The position numbers were made by a program, and so were the translations under genes. A model generated the notes under the pieces. It saw only the letters and a program-made list of their open reading frames with translations. It was not told the origin of the DNA and did no database searches. Of a stretch of 64,000 nucleotides of DNA, positions 1 through 14,600 are shown piece after piece. The DNA is from the human T2T-CHM13v2.0 reference genome, Homo sapiens. The stretch is taken from NCBI RefSeq assembly GCF_009914755.1, contig NC_060925.1. One strand, 5' to 3'. How positions within the stretch are numbered: position 1 is the first letter of the stretch; each line of letters starts with the position of its first letter.

Positions 1-906
1 GCAATCATCATCGAATGGAATCGAATGGAATCATCGAATGGACTCGAATGGAATAATCATTGAACAGAATCGAATGGAATCATCATCGGATGGAAATGAA
101 TGGAATCATCATCGAATGGAATCGAATAGAATTATGGAATGAAATCCAGTGTGATCATCATCGAATGGACCCGAATGGAATCATCATCCAACGGAAGCTA
201 ATGGAATCAACATCGAATGAATCAAATGGAAACACCATCGAATTGAAACGAATGGAATTATCATGAAATTGAAATGGATGGACTCATCATCGAATGGATT
301 CGAATGGAATCATCGAATAAAATTGATTGAAATCATCATCGAATGGAATCGAATGGTATCATTGAATGGAATCGAATGGAATCATCATCAGATGGAAATG
401 AATGGAATCGTCATAGAATGGAATCGAATGGATTCATTGAATGGAATCAGATGGAATCATCGAATGGACTGGAATGGAATCATTGAATGGACTCAAAAGG
501 GATCATGATTGAATGGAATTGAATGGAATCATCGAATGGTCTCGATTGGAATCATTATCAAATGGAATCGAATGGAATCACCGAATAGAATCGAATGGAA
601 CAATCATCGAATGGACTCAAATGGAATTATCCTCAAATGGAATGGAATGGAATTATCGAATGCAATCGAATGAAATTATCGAATGCAATCGAATAGAATC
701 ATCGAATGGACTCGAATGGAATCATCGAATGGAATGGAATGGAACAGTCAATGAACTCGAATGGAATCATCATTGAATGGATTCGAATGGAATCATCGAG
801 TGGAATCGAATGGAATTATGATCAAATGGAATCGAATGTAATCATCATCAAATGGAATCAAAAATAACCATCATCAATTGGTATTGAATGGAATTGTCAT
901 CAAATG

Positions 907-2680
907 GAATTCAAAGGAATCATCATCAAATGGAACCGAATGGAATCCTCATTGAATGGAAATGAAAGGGGTCATCATCTAATGGAATCGCATGGAATCA
1001 TCATCAAATGGAATCGAATGGAATCATCATCAAATGGAATCTAATGGAATCATTGAACAGAATTGAATGGAATCGTCATCGAATGAATTGAATGCAATCA
1101 TCGAATGGTCTCGAATGGAATCATCTTCTAATGGAAAGGAATGGAATCATCGCATAGAATCGAATGGAATTATCATCGAATGGAATCGAATGGTATCAAC
1201 ACCAAACGGAAAAAAACGGAATTATCGAATGGAATCGAAGAGAATCTTCGAACGGACCCGAATGGAATCATCTAATGGAATGGAATGGAATAATCCATGG
1301 ACTCGAATGCAATCATCATCGAATGGAATCGAATGGAATCATCGAATGGACTCGAATGGAATAATCATTGAACGGAATCGATTGGAATCATCATCGGATG
1401 GAAACGAATGGAATCATCATCGAATGGAAATGAAAGGAGTCATCATCTAATGGAATTGCATGGAATCATCATAAAATGGAATCGAATGGAATCAACATCA
1501 AATGGAATCAAATGGAATCATTGAACGGAATTGAATGGAATCGTCATCGAATGAATTGACTGCAATCATCCAATGGTCTCGAATGGAATCATCTTCAAAT
1601 GGAATGGAATGGAATCATCGCATAGAATCGAATGGAATTATCATCGAATGGAATCGAATGGAATCAACATCAAACGGAAAAAAACGGAATTATCGAATGG
1701 AATCGAAGAGAATCCTCGAATGGACCCGAATGGAATCATGTAATGGAATGGAGTGGAATAATCCATGGACTCGAATGCAATCATCATCGAATGGAATCGA
1801 ATGGAATCATCGAATGGACTCGAATGGAATAATCATTGAACGGAATCGAATGGAATCATCATCGGATGGAAATGAATGGAATCATCATCGAATGGAATCG
1901 AATAGAATTATGGAATGAAATCCAGTGTGATCATCATCGAATGGACCCGAATGGAATCATCATCCAACGGAAGCTAATGGAATCAACATCGAATGAATCA
2001 AATGGAAACACCATCGAATTGAAACGAATGGAATTATCATGAAATTGAAATGGATGGACTCATCATCGAATGGATTAATGGAATCATCGAATAAAATTGA
2101 TTGAAATCATCATCGAATGGAATCGAATGGTATCATTGAATGGAATCGAATGGAATCATCATCAGATGGAAATGAATGGAATCGTCATAGAATGGAATCG
2201 AATGGATTCATTGAATGGAATCAGATGGAATCATCGAATGGACTGGAATGGAATCATTGAATGGACTCGAAAGGGATCATTATTGAATGGAATTGAATGG
2301 AATCATCGAATGGTCTCGATTGGAATCATTATCAAATGGAATCGAATGGAATCACCGAATAGAATCGAATGGAACAATCATCGAATGGACTCAAATGGAA
2401 TTATCCTCCAATGGAATGGAATGGAATTATCGAATGCAATCGAATGGAATTATCGAATGCAATCGAATAGAATGATCGAATGGACTCGAATGGAATCATC
2501 GAATGGAATGGAATGGAACAGTCAATGAACTCGAATGGAATCATCATTGAATGGAATCGAATGGAATCATCGAGTGGAATCGAATGGAATTATGATCAAA
2601 TGGAATCGAATGTAATCATCATCAAATGGAATCAAAAATAACCATCATCAATTGGTATTGAATGGAATTGTCATCAAATG
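907..2680 (+). repeat. Representative EcoRI-to-EcoRI unit (1,774 bp here because of a 2-bp deletion; canonical 1,776 bp)
   Basis: GAATTC at 907-912 and again at 2681-2686. Once-per-unit landmarks include GAAATCCAGTGTGATC, ACGGAAGCTAATGG, GGAACAGTCAATG, CAAAAATAACC and GAAAGGGGTC. Confidence 0.93.
1067..1900 (+). repeat. Internal 468-bp direct duplication (subunits A and B) within each unit
   Basis: Paralogous blocks start at 1067 and 1535 (also 2841/3309, 4617/5085 etc., offset 468). Both carry AAACGGAAAAAAACGG and ATAATCCATGGACTCG. They differ diagnostically: A has TCTAATGGAAAGG, GGTATCAACACC and TCTTCGAACGG; B has TCAAATGGAATGG, GGAATCAACATC and TCATCGAATGG. Confidence 0.92.
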
Positions 2681-5600
2681 GAATTCAAAGGAATCATCAT
2701 CAAATGGAACCGAATGGAATCCTCATTGAATGGAAATGAAAGGGGTCATCATCTAATGGAATCGCATGGAATCATCATCAAATGGAATCGAATGGAATCA
2801 TCATCAAATGGAATCTAATGGAATCATTGAACAGAATTGAATGGAATCGTCATCGAATGAATTGAATGCAATCATCGAATGGTCTCGAATGGAATCATCT
2901 TCTAATGGAAAGGAATGGAATCATCGCATAGAATCGAATGGAATTATCATCGAATGGAATCGAATGGTATCAACAACAAACGGAAAAAAACGGAATTATC
3001 AAATGGAATCGAAGAGAATCATCGAATGGACTCGAATGGAATCATCTAATGGAATGGAATGGAATAATCCACGGACTCGAATGCAATCATCATAGTATAG
3101 AATCGAATGGAATCATCGAATGGACTCGAATGGAATAACCATTGAACGGAATCGAATGGAATCATCATCGGATGGAAACGAATGGAATCATCATCGAATG
3201 GAAATGAAAGGAGTCATCATCTAATGGAATTGCATGGAATCATCATAAAATGGAATCGAATGGAATCAACATCAAATGGAATCAAATGGAATCATTGAAC
3301 GGAATTGAATGGAATCATCATCGAATGAATTGACTGCAATCACCCAATGGTCTCGAATGGAATCATCTTCAAATGGAATGGAATGGAATCATCGCATAGA
3401 ATCGAATGGAATTATCATCGAATGGAATCGAATGGAATCAACATCAAACGGAAAAAAACGGAATTATCGAATGGAATCGAAGAGAATCATCGAATGGACC
3501 CGAATGGAATCATCTAATGGAATGGAATGGAATAATCCATGGACTCGAATGCAATCATCATCCAATGGAATCGAATGGAATCATCGAATGGACTCGAATG
3601 GAATAATCATTGAACGGAATCGAATGGAATCATCATCGGATGGAAATGAATGGAATCATCATCGAATGGAATCGAATAGAATTATGGAATGAAATCCAGT
3701 GTGATCATCATCGAATGGACCCGAATGGAATCATCATCCAACGGAAGCTAATGGAATCAACATCGAATGAATCAAATGGAAACACCATCGAATTGAAACG
3801 AATGGAATTATCATGAAATTGAAATGGATGGTCTCATCATCGAATGGATTCGAATGGAATCATCGAATAAAATTGATTGAAATCATCATCGAATGGAATC
3901 GAATGGTATCATTGAATGGAATCGAATGGAATCATCATCAGATGGAAATGAATGGAATCGTCATAGAATGGAATCGAATGGATTCATTGAATGGAATCAG
4001 ATGGAATCATCGAATGGACTGGAATGGAATCATTGAATGGACTCGAAAGGGATCATGATTGAATGGAATTGAATGGAATCATCGAATGGTCTCGATTGGA
4101 ATCATTATCAAATGGAATCGAATGGAATCACCGAATAGAATCGAATGGAACAATCATCGAATGGACTCAAATGGAATTATCCTCCAATGGAATGGAATGG
4201 AATTATCGAATGCAATCGAATGGAATTATCGAATGCAATCGAATAGAATCATCGAATGGACTCGAATGGAATCATCGAATGGAATGGAATGGAACAGTCA
4301 ATGAACTCGAATGGAATCATCATTGAATGGAATCGAATGGAATCATCGAGTGGAATCGAATGGAATTATGATCAAATGGAATCGAATGTAATCATCATCA
4401 AATGGAATCAAAAATAACCATCATCAATTGGTATTGAATGGAATTGTCATCAAATGGAATTCAAAGGAATCATCATCAAATGGAACCGAATGGAATCCTC
4501 ATTGAATGGAAATGAAAGGGGTCATCATCTAATGGAATCGCATGGAATCATCATCAAATGGAATCGAATGGAATCATCATCAAATTTAATCTAATGGAAT
4601 CATTGAACAGAATTGAATGGAATCGTCATCGAATGAATTGAATGCAATCATCGAATGGTCTCGAATGGATTCATCTTCTAATGGAAAGGAATGGAATCAT
4701 CGCATAGAATCGAATGGAATTATCATCGAATGGAATCGAATGGTATCAACACCAAACGGAAAAAAACGGAATTATCGAATGGAATCGAAGAGAATCTTCG
4801 AACGGACCCGAATGGAATCATCTAATGGAATGGAATGGAATAATCCATGGACTCGAATGCAATCATCATCGAATGGAATCGAATGGAATCATCGAATGGA
4901 CTCGAATGGAATAATCATTGAACGGAATCGATTGGAATCATCATCGGATGGAAACGAATGGAATCATCATCGAATGGAAATGAAAGGAGTCATCATCTAA
5001 TGGAATTGCATGGAATCATCATAAAATGGAATCGAATGGAATCAACATCAAATGGAATCAAATGGAATCATTGAACGGAATTGAATGGAATCGTCATCGA
5101 ATGAATTGACTGCAATCATCCAATGGTCTCGAATGGAATCATCTTCAAATGGAATGGAATGGAATCATCGCATAGAATCGAATGGAATTATCATCGAATG
5201 GAATCGAATGGAATCAACATCCAACGGAAAAAAACGGAATTATCGAATGGAATCGAAGAGAATCATCGAATGGACCCGAATGGAATCATGTAATGGAATG
5301 GAATGGAATAATCCATGGACTCGAATGCAATCATCATCGAATGGAATCGAATGGAATCATCGAATGGACTCGAATGGAATAATCATTGAACGGAATCGAA
5401 TGGAATCATCATCGGATGGAAATGAATGGAATCATCATCGAATGGAATCGAATAGAATTATGGAATGAAATCCAGTGTGATCATCATCGAATGGACCCGA
5501 ATGGAATCATCATCCAACGGAAGCTAATGGAATCAACATCGAATGAATCAAATGGAAACACCATCGAATTGAAACGAATGGAATTATCATGAAATTGAAA

Positions 5601-8600
5601 TGGATGGACTCATCATCGAATGGATTCGAATGGAATCATCGAATAAAATTGATTGAAATCATCATCGAATGGAATCGAATGGTATCATTGAATGGAATCG
5701 AATGGAATCATCATCAGATGGAAATGAATGGAATCGTCATAGAATGGAATCGAATGGATTCATTGAATGGAATCAGATGGAATCATCGAATGGACTGGAA
5801 TGGAATCATTGAATGGACTCGAAAGGGATCATGATTGAATGGAATTGAATGGAATCATCGAATGGTCTCGATTGGAATCATTATCAAATGGAATCGAATG
5901 GAATCACCGAATAGAATCGAATGGAACAATCATCGAATGGACTCAAATGGAATTATCCTCAAATGGAATCGAATGGAATTATCTAATGCAATCGAATGGA
6001 ATTATCGAATGCAATCGAATAGAATCATCGAATGGACTCGAATGGAATCATCGAATGGAATGGAATGGAACAGTCAATGAACTCGAATGGAATCATCATT
6101 GAATGGAATCGAATGGAATCATCGAGTGGAATCGAATGGAATTATGATCAAATGGAATCGAATGTAATCATCATCAAATGGAATCAAAAATAACCATCAT
6201 CAATTGGTATTGAATGGAATTGTCATCAAATGGAATTCAAAGGAATCATCATCAAATGGAACCGAATGGAATCCTCATTGAATGGAAATGAAAGGGGTCA
6301 TCATCTCATGGAATCGCATGGAATCATCATAAAATGGAATCGAATGGAATCAACATCAAATGGAATCAAATGGAATCATTGAACGGAATTGAATGGAATC
6401 GTCATCGAAAGAATTGGATGCAATCATCGAATGGTCTCGAATGGAATCTTCTTCAAATGGAATGGAATGGAATCATCGCATAGAATCGAATGGAATTATC
6501 ATCTAATGGAATCGAATGGAATCAACATCAAACGGAAAAAAACGGAATTATCGAATGGAACCGAAGAGAATCATCGAATGGACCCGAATGGAATCATCTA
6601 ATAGAATGGAATGGAATAATCCATGGACTCGAATGCAATCATCATCGAATGGAATCGAATGGAATCATCGAATGGACTCGAATGGAATAATCATTGAACG
6701 GAATCGATTGGAATCATCATCGGATGGAAACGAATTTAATCATCATCGAATGGAAATGAAAGGAGTCATCATCTAATGGAATTGCATGGAATCATCATAA
6801 AATGGAATCGAATGGAATCAACATCAAATGGAATCAAATGGAATCATTAAACGGAATTGAATGGAATCGTCATCGAATGAATTGACTGCAATCATCCAAT
6901 GGTCTCGAATGGAATCATCTTCAAATGCAATGGAATGGAATCATCGCATAGAAGCGAATGGAATTATCATCGAATGGAATCGAATGGAATCAACATCCAA
7001 CGGAAAAAAACGGAATTATCGAATGGAATCGAAGAGAATCATCGAATGGACCCGAATGGAATCATCTAATGGAATGGAATGGAATAATCCATGGACTCGA
7101 ATGCAATCATCATCGAATGGAATCGAATGGAATCATCGAATGGACTCGAATGGAATAATCATTGAACGGAATCGAATGGAATCATCATCGGATGGAAATG
7201 AATGGAATCATCATCGAATGGAATCGAATAGAATTATGGAATGAAATCCAGTGTGATCATCATCGAATGGACCCGAATGGAATCATCATCCAACGGAAGC
7301 TAATGGAATCAACATCGAATGAATCAAATGGAAACACCATCGAATTGAAACGGATGGAATTATCATGAAATTGAAATGGATGGACTCATCATCGAATGGA
7401 TTCGAAAGGAATCATCGAATAAAATTGATTGAAATCATCATCGAATGGAATCGAATGGTATCATTGAATGGAATCGAATGGAATCATCATCAGATGGAAA
7501 TGAATGGAATCGTCATAGAATGGAATCGAATGGATTCATTGAATGGAATCAGATGGAATCATCGAATGGACTGGAATGGAATCATTGAATGGACTCGAAA
7601 GGGATCATGATTGAATGGAATTGAATGGAATCATCGAATGGTCTCGATTGGAATCATTATCAAATGGAATCGAATGGAATCACCGAATAGAATCGAATGG
7701 AACAATCATCGAATGGACTCAAATGGAATTATCCTCCAATGGAATCGAATGGAATTATCGAATGCAATCGAATGGAATTATCGAATGCAATCGAATAGAA
7801 TCATCGAATGGACTCGAATGGAATCATCGAATGGAATGGAATGGAACAGTCAATGAACTCGAATGGAATCATCATTGAATGGAATCGAATGGAATCATCG
7901 AGTGGAATCGAATGGAATTATGATCAAATGGAATCGAATGTAATCATCATCAAATGGAATCAAAAATAACCATCATCAATTGGTATTGAATGGAATTGTC
8001 ATCAAATGGAATTCAAAGGAATCAATATCAAATGGAACCGAATGGAATCCTCATTGAATGGAAATGAAAGGGGTCATCATCTAATGGAATCGCATGGAAT
8101 CATCATCAAATGGAATCGAATGGAATCATCATCAAATGGAATCTAATGGAATCATTGAACAGAATTGAATGGAATCGTCATCGAATGAATTGAATGCAAT
8201 CATCGAATGGTCTCGAATGGAATCATCTTCTAATGGAAAGGAATGGAATCATCGCATAGAATCGAATGGAATTATCATCGAATGGAATCGAATGGTATCA
8301 ACACCAAACGGAAAAAAACGGAATTATCGAATGGAATCGAAGAGAATCTTCGAACGGACCCGAATGGAATCATCTAATGGAATGGAATGGAATAATCCAT
8401 GGACTCGAATGCAATCATCATCGAATGGAATCGAATGGAATCATCGAATGGACTCGAATGGAATAATCATTGAACGGAATCGAATGGAATCATCATCGGA
8501 TGGAAACGAATGGAATCATCATCGAATGGAAATGAAAGGAGTCATCATCTAATGGAATTGCATGGAATCATCATCAAATGGAATCGAATGGAATCAACAT

Positions 8601-11600
8601 CAAATGGAATCAAATGGAATCATTGAACGGAATTGAATGGAATCGTCATCGAATGAATTGACTGCAATCATCGAATGGTCTCGAATGGAATCATCTTCAA
8701 ATGGAATGGAATGGAATCATCGCATAGAATCGAATGGAATTATCATCGAATGGAATCGAATGGAATCAACATCAAACGGAAAAAAACGGAATTATCGAAT
8801 GGAATCGAAGAGAATCATCGAATGGACCCGAATGGAATCATCTAATGGAATGGAATGGAATAATCCATGGACTCGAATGCAATCATCATCGAATGGAATC
8901 GAATGGAATCATCGAATGGACTCGAATGGAATAATCATTGAACAGAATCGAATGGAATCATCATCGGATGGAAATGAATGGAATCATCATCGAATGGAAT
9001 CGAATAGAATTATGGAATGAAATCCAGTGTGATCATCATCGAATGGACCCGAATGGAATCATCATCCAACGGAAGCTAATGGAATCAACATCGAATGAAT
9101 CAAATGGAAACACCATCGAATTGAAACGAATGGAATTATCATGAAATTGAAATGGATGGACTCATCATCGAATGGATTCGAATGGAATCATCGAATAAAA
9201 TTGATTGAAATCATCATCGAATGGAATCGAATGGTATCATTGAATGGAATCGAATGGAATCATCATCAGATGGAAATGAATGGAATCGTCATAGAATGGA
9301 ATCGAATGGATTCATTGAATGGAATCAGATGGAATCATCGAATGGACTGGAATGGAATCATTGAATGGACTCGAAAGGGATCATGATTGAATGGAATTGA
9401 ATGGAATCATCGAATGGTCTAGATTGGAATCATTATCAAATGGAATCGAATGGAATCACCGAATAGAATCGAATGGAACAATCATCGAATGGACTCAAAT
9501 GGAATTATCCTCAAATGGAATGGAATGGAATTATCGAATGCAATCGAATGAAATTATCGAATGCAATCGAATAGAATCATCGAATGGACTCGAATGGAAT
9601 CATCGAATGGAATGGAATGGAACAGTCAATGAACTCGAATGGAATCATCATTGAATGGATTCGAATGGAATCATCGAGTGGAATCGAATTGAATTATGAT
9701 CAAATGGAATCGAATGTAATCATCATCAAATGGAATCAAAAATAACCATCATCAATTGGTATTGAATGGAATTGTCATCAAATGGAATTCAAAGGAATCA
9801 TCATCAAATGGAACCGAATGGAATCCTCATTGAATGGAAATGAAAGGGGTCATCATCTAATGGAATCGCATGGAATCATCATCAAATGGAATCGAATGGA
9901 ATCATCATCAAATGGAATCTAATGGAATCATTGAACAGAATTGAATGGAATCGTCATCGAATGAATTGAATGCAATCATCGAATGGTCTCGAATGGAATC
10001 ATCTTCTAATGGAAAGGAATGGAATCATCGCATAGAATCGAATGGAATTATCATCGAATGGAATCGAATGGTATCAACACCAAACGGAAAAAAACGGAAT
10101 TATCGAATGGAATCGAAGAGAATCTTCGAACGGACCCGAATGGAATCATCTAATGGAATGGAATGGAATAATCCATGGACTCGAATGCAATCATCATCGA
10201 ATGGAATCGAATGGAATCATCGAATGGACTCGAATGGAATAATCATTGAACGGAATCGATTGGAATCATCATCGGATGGAAACGAATGGAATCATCATCG
10301 AATGGAAATGAAAGGAGTCATCATCTAATGGAATTGCATGGAATCATCATAAAATGGAATCGAATGGAATCAACATCAAATGGAATCAAATGGAATCATT
10401 GAACGGAATTGAATGGAATCGTCATCGAATGAATTGACTGCAATCATCCAATGGTCTCGAATGGAATCATCTTCAAATGGAATGGAATGGAATCATCGCA
10501 TAGAATCGAATGGAATTATCATCGAATGGAATCGAATGGAATCAACATCAAACGGAAAAAAACGGAATTATCGAATGGAATCGAAGAGAATCCTCGAATG
10601 GACCCGAATGGAATCATGTAATGGAATGGAGTGGAATAATCCATGGACTCGAATGCAATCATCATCGAATGGAATCGAATGGAATCATCGAATGGACTCG
10701 AATGGAATAATCATTGAACGGAATCGAATGGAATCATCATCGGATGGAAATGAATGGAATCATCATCGAATGGAATCGAATAGAATTATGGAATGAAATC
10801 CAGTGTGATCATCATCGAATGGACCCGAATGGAATCATCATCCAACGGAAGCTAATGGAATCAACATCGAATGAATCAAATGGAAACACCATCGAATTGA
10901 AACGAATGGAATTATCATGAAATTGAAATGGATGGACTCATCATCGAATGGATTAATGGAATCATCGAATAAAATTGATTGAAATCATCATCGAATGGAA
11001 TCGAATGGTATCATTGAATGGAATCGAATGGAATCATCATCAGATGGAAATGAATGGAATCGTCATAGAATGGAATCGAATGGATTCATTGAATGGAATC
11101 AGATGGAATCATCGAATGGACTGGAATGGAATCATTGAATGGACTCGAAAGGGATCATTATTGAATGGAATTGAATGGAATCATCGAATGGTCTCGATTG
11201 GAATCATTATCAAATGGAATCGAATGGAATCACCGAATAGAATCGAATGGAACAATCATCGAATGGACTCAAATGGAATTATCCTCCAATGGAATGGAAT
11301 GGAATTATCGAATGCAATCGAATGGAATTATCGAATGCAATCGAATAGAATGATCGAATGGACTCGAATGGAATCATCGAATGGAATGGAATGGAACAGT
11401 CAATGAACTCGAATGGAATCATCATTGAATGGAATCGAATGGAATCATCGAGTGGAATCGAATGGAATTATGATCAAATGGAATCGAATGTAATCATCAT
11501 CAAATGGAATCAAAAATAACCATCATCAATTGGTATTGAATGGAATTGTCATCAAATGGAATTCAAAGGAATCATCATCAAATGGAACCGAATGGAATCC

Positions 11601-14600
11601 TCATTGAATGGAAATGAAAGGGGTCATCATCTAATGGAATCGCATGGAATCATCATCAAATGGAATCGAATGGAATCATCATCAAATGGAATCTAATGGA
11701 ATCATTGAACAGAATTGAATGGAATCGTCATCGAATGAATTGAATGCAATCATCGAATGGTCTCGAATGGAATCATCTTCTAATGGAAAGGAATGGAATC
11801 ATCGCATAGAATCGAATGGAATTATCATCGAATGGAATCGAATGGTATCAACAACAAACGGAAAAAAACGGAATTATCAAATGGAATCGAAGAGAATCAT
11901 CGAATGGACTCGAATGGAATCATCTAATGGAATGGAATGGAATAATCCACGGACTCGAATGCAATCATCATAGTATAGAATCGAATGGAATCATCGAATG
12001 GACTCGAATGGAATAACCATTGAACGGAATCGAATGGAATCATCATCGGATGGAAACGAATGGAATCATCATCGAATGGAAATGAAAGGAGTCATCATCT
12101 AATGGAATTGCATGGAATCATCATAAAATGGAATCGAATGGAATCAACATCAAATGGAATCAAATGGAATCATTGAACGGAATTGAATGGAATCATCATC
12201 GAATGAATTGACTGCAATCACCCAATGGTCTCGAATGGAATCATCTTCAAATGGAATGGAATGGAATCATCGCATAGAATCGAATGGAATTATCATCGAA
12301 TGGAATCGAATGGAATCAACATCAAACGGAAAAAAACGGAATTATCGAATGGAATCGAAGAGAATCATCGAATGGACCCGAATGGAATCATCTAATGGAA
12401 TGGAATGGAATAATCCATGGACTCGAATGCAATCATCATCCAATGGAATCGAATGGAATCATCGAATGGACTCGAATGGAATAATCATTGAACGGAATCG
12501 AATGGAATCATCATCGGATGGAAATGAATGGAATCATCATCGAATGGAATCGAATAGAATTATGGAATGAAATCCAGTGTGATCATCATCGAATGGACCC
12601 GAATGGAATCATCATCCAACGGAAGCTAATGGAATCAACATCGAATGAATCAAATGGAAACACCATCGAATTGAAACGAATGGAATTATCATGAAATTGA
12701 AATGGATGGTCTCATCATCGAATGGATTCGAATGGAATCATCGAATAAAATTGATTGAAATCATCATCGAATGGAATCGAATGGTATCATTGAATGGAAT
12801 CGAATGGAATCATCATCAGATGGAAATGAATGGAATCGTCATAGAATGGAATCGAATGGATTCATTGAATGGAATCAGATGGAATCATCGAATGGACTGG
12901 AATGGAATCATTGAATGGACTCGAAAGGGATCATGATTGAATGGAATTGAATGGAATCATCGAATGGTCTCGATTGGAATCATTATCAAATGGAATCGAA
13001 TGGAATCACCGAATAGAATCGAATGGAACAATCATCGAATGGACTCAAATGGAATTATCCTCCAATGGAATGGAATGGAATTATCGAATGCAATCGAATG
13101 GAATTATCGAATGCAATCGAATAGAATCATCGAATGGACTCGAATGGAATCATCGAATGGAATGGAATGGAACAGTCAATGAACTCGAATGGAATCATCA
13201 TTGAATGGAATCGAATGGAATCATCGAGTGGAATCGAATGGAATTATGATCAAATGGAATCGAATGTAATCATCATCAAATGGAATCAAAAATAACCATC
13301 ATCAATTGGTATTGAATGGAATTGTCATCAAATGGAATTCAAAGGAATCATCATCAAATGGAACCGAATGGAATCCTCATTGAATGGAAATGAAAGGGGT
13401 CATCATCTAATGGAATCGCATGGAATCATCATCAAATGGAATCGAATGGAATCATCATCAAATTTAATCTAATGGAATCATTGAACAGAATTGAATGGAA
13501 TCGTCATCGAATGAATTGAATGCAATCATCGAATGGTCTCGAATGGATTCATCTTCTAATGGAAAGGAATGGAATCATCGCATAGAATCGAATGGAATTA
13601 TCATCGAATGGAATCGAATGGTATCAACACCAAACGGAAAAAAACGGAATTATCGAATGGAATCGAAGAGAATCTTCGAACGGACCCGAATGGAATCATC
13701 TAATGGAATGGAATGGAATAATCCATGGACTCGAATGCAATCATCATCGAATGGAATCGAATGGAATCATCGAATGGACTCGAATGGAATAATCATTGAA
13801 CGGAATCGATTGGAATCATCATCGGATGGAAACGAATGGAATCATCATCGAATGGAAATGAAAGGAGTCATCATCTAATGGAATTGCATGGAATCATCAT
13901 AAAATGGAATCGAATGGAATCAACATCAAATGGAATCAAATGGAATCATTGAACGGAATTGAATGGAATCGTCATCGAATGAATTGACTGCAATCATCCA
14001 ATGGTCTCGAATGGAATCATCTTCAAATGGAATGGAATGGAATCATCGCATAGAATCGAATGGAATTATCATCGAATGGAATCGAATGGAATCAACATCC
14101 AACGGAAAAAAACGGAATTATCGAATGGAATCGAAGAGAATCATCGAATGGACCCGAATGGAATCATGTAATGGAATGGAATGGAATAATCCATGGACTC
14201 GAATGCAATCATCATCGAATGGAATCGAATGGAATCATCGAATGGACTCGAATGGAATAATCATTGAACGGAATCGAATGGAATCATCATCGGATGGAAA
14301 TGAATGGAATCATCATCGAATGGAATCGAATAGAATTATGGAATGAAATCCAGTGTGATCATCATCGAATGGACCCGAATGGAATCATCATCCAACGGAA
14401 GCTAATGGAATCAACATCGAATGAATCAAATGGAAACACCATCGAATTGAAACGAATGGAATTATCATGAAATTGAAATGGATGGACTCATCATCGAATG
14501 GATTCGAATGGAATCATCGAATAAAATTGATTGAAATCATCATCGAATGGAATCGAATGGTATCATTGAATGGAATCGAATGGAATCATCATCAGATGGA

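Noticed and set aside
312-322. AATAAA polyadenylation-like hexamer once per full unit
   Set aside because: Expected by chance in A-rich repeat, with no GU-rich downstream element or transcript evidence visible.
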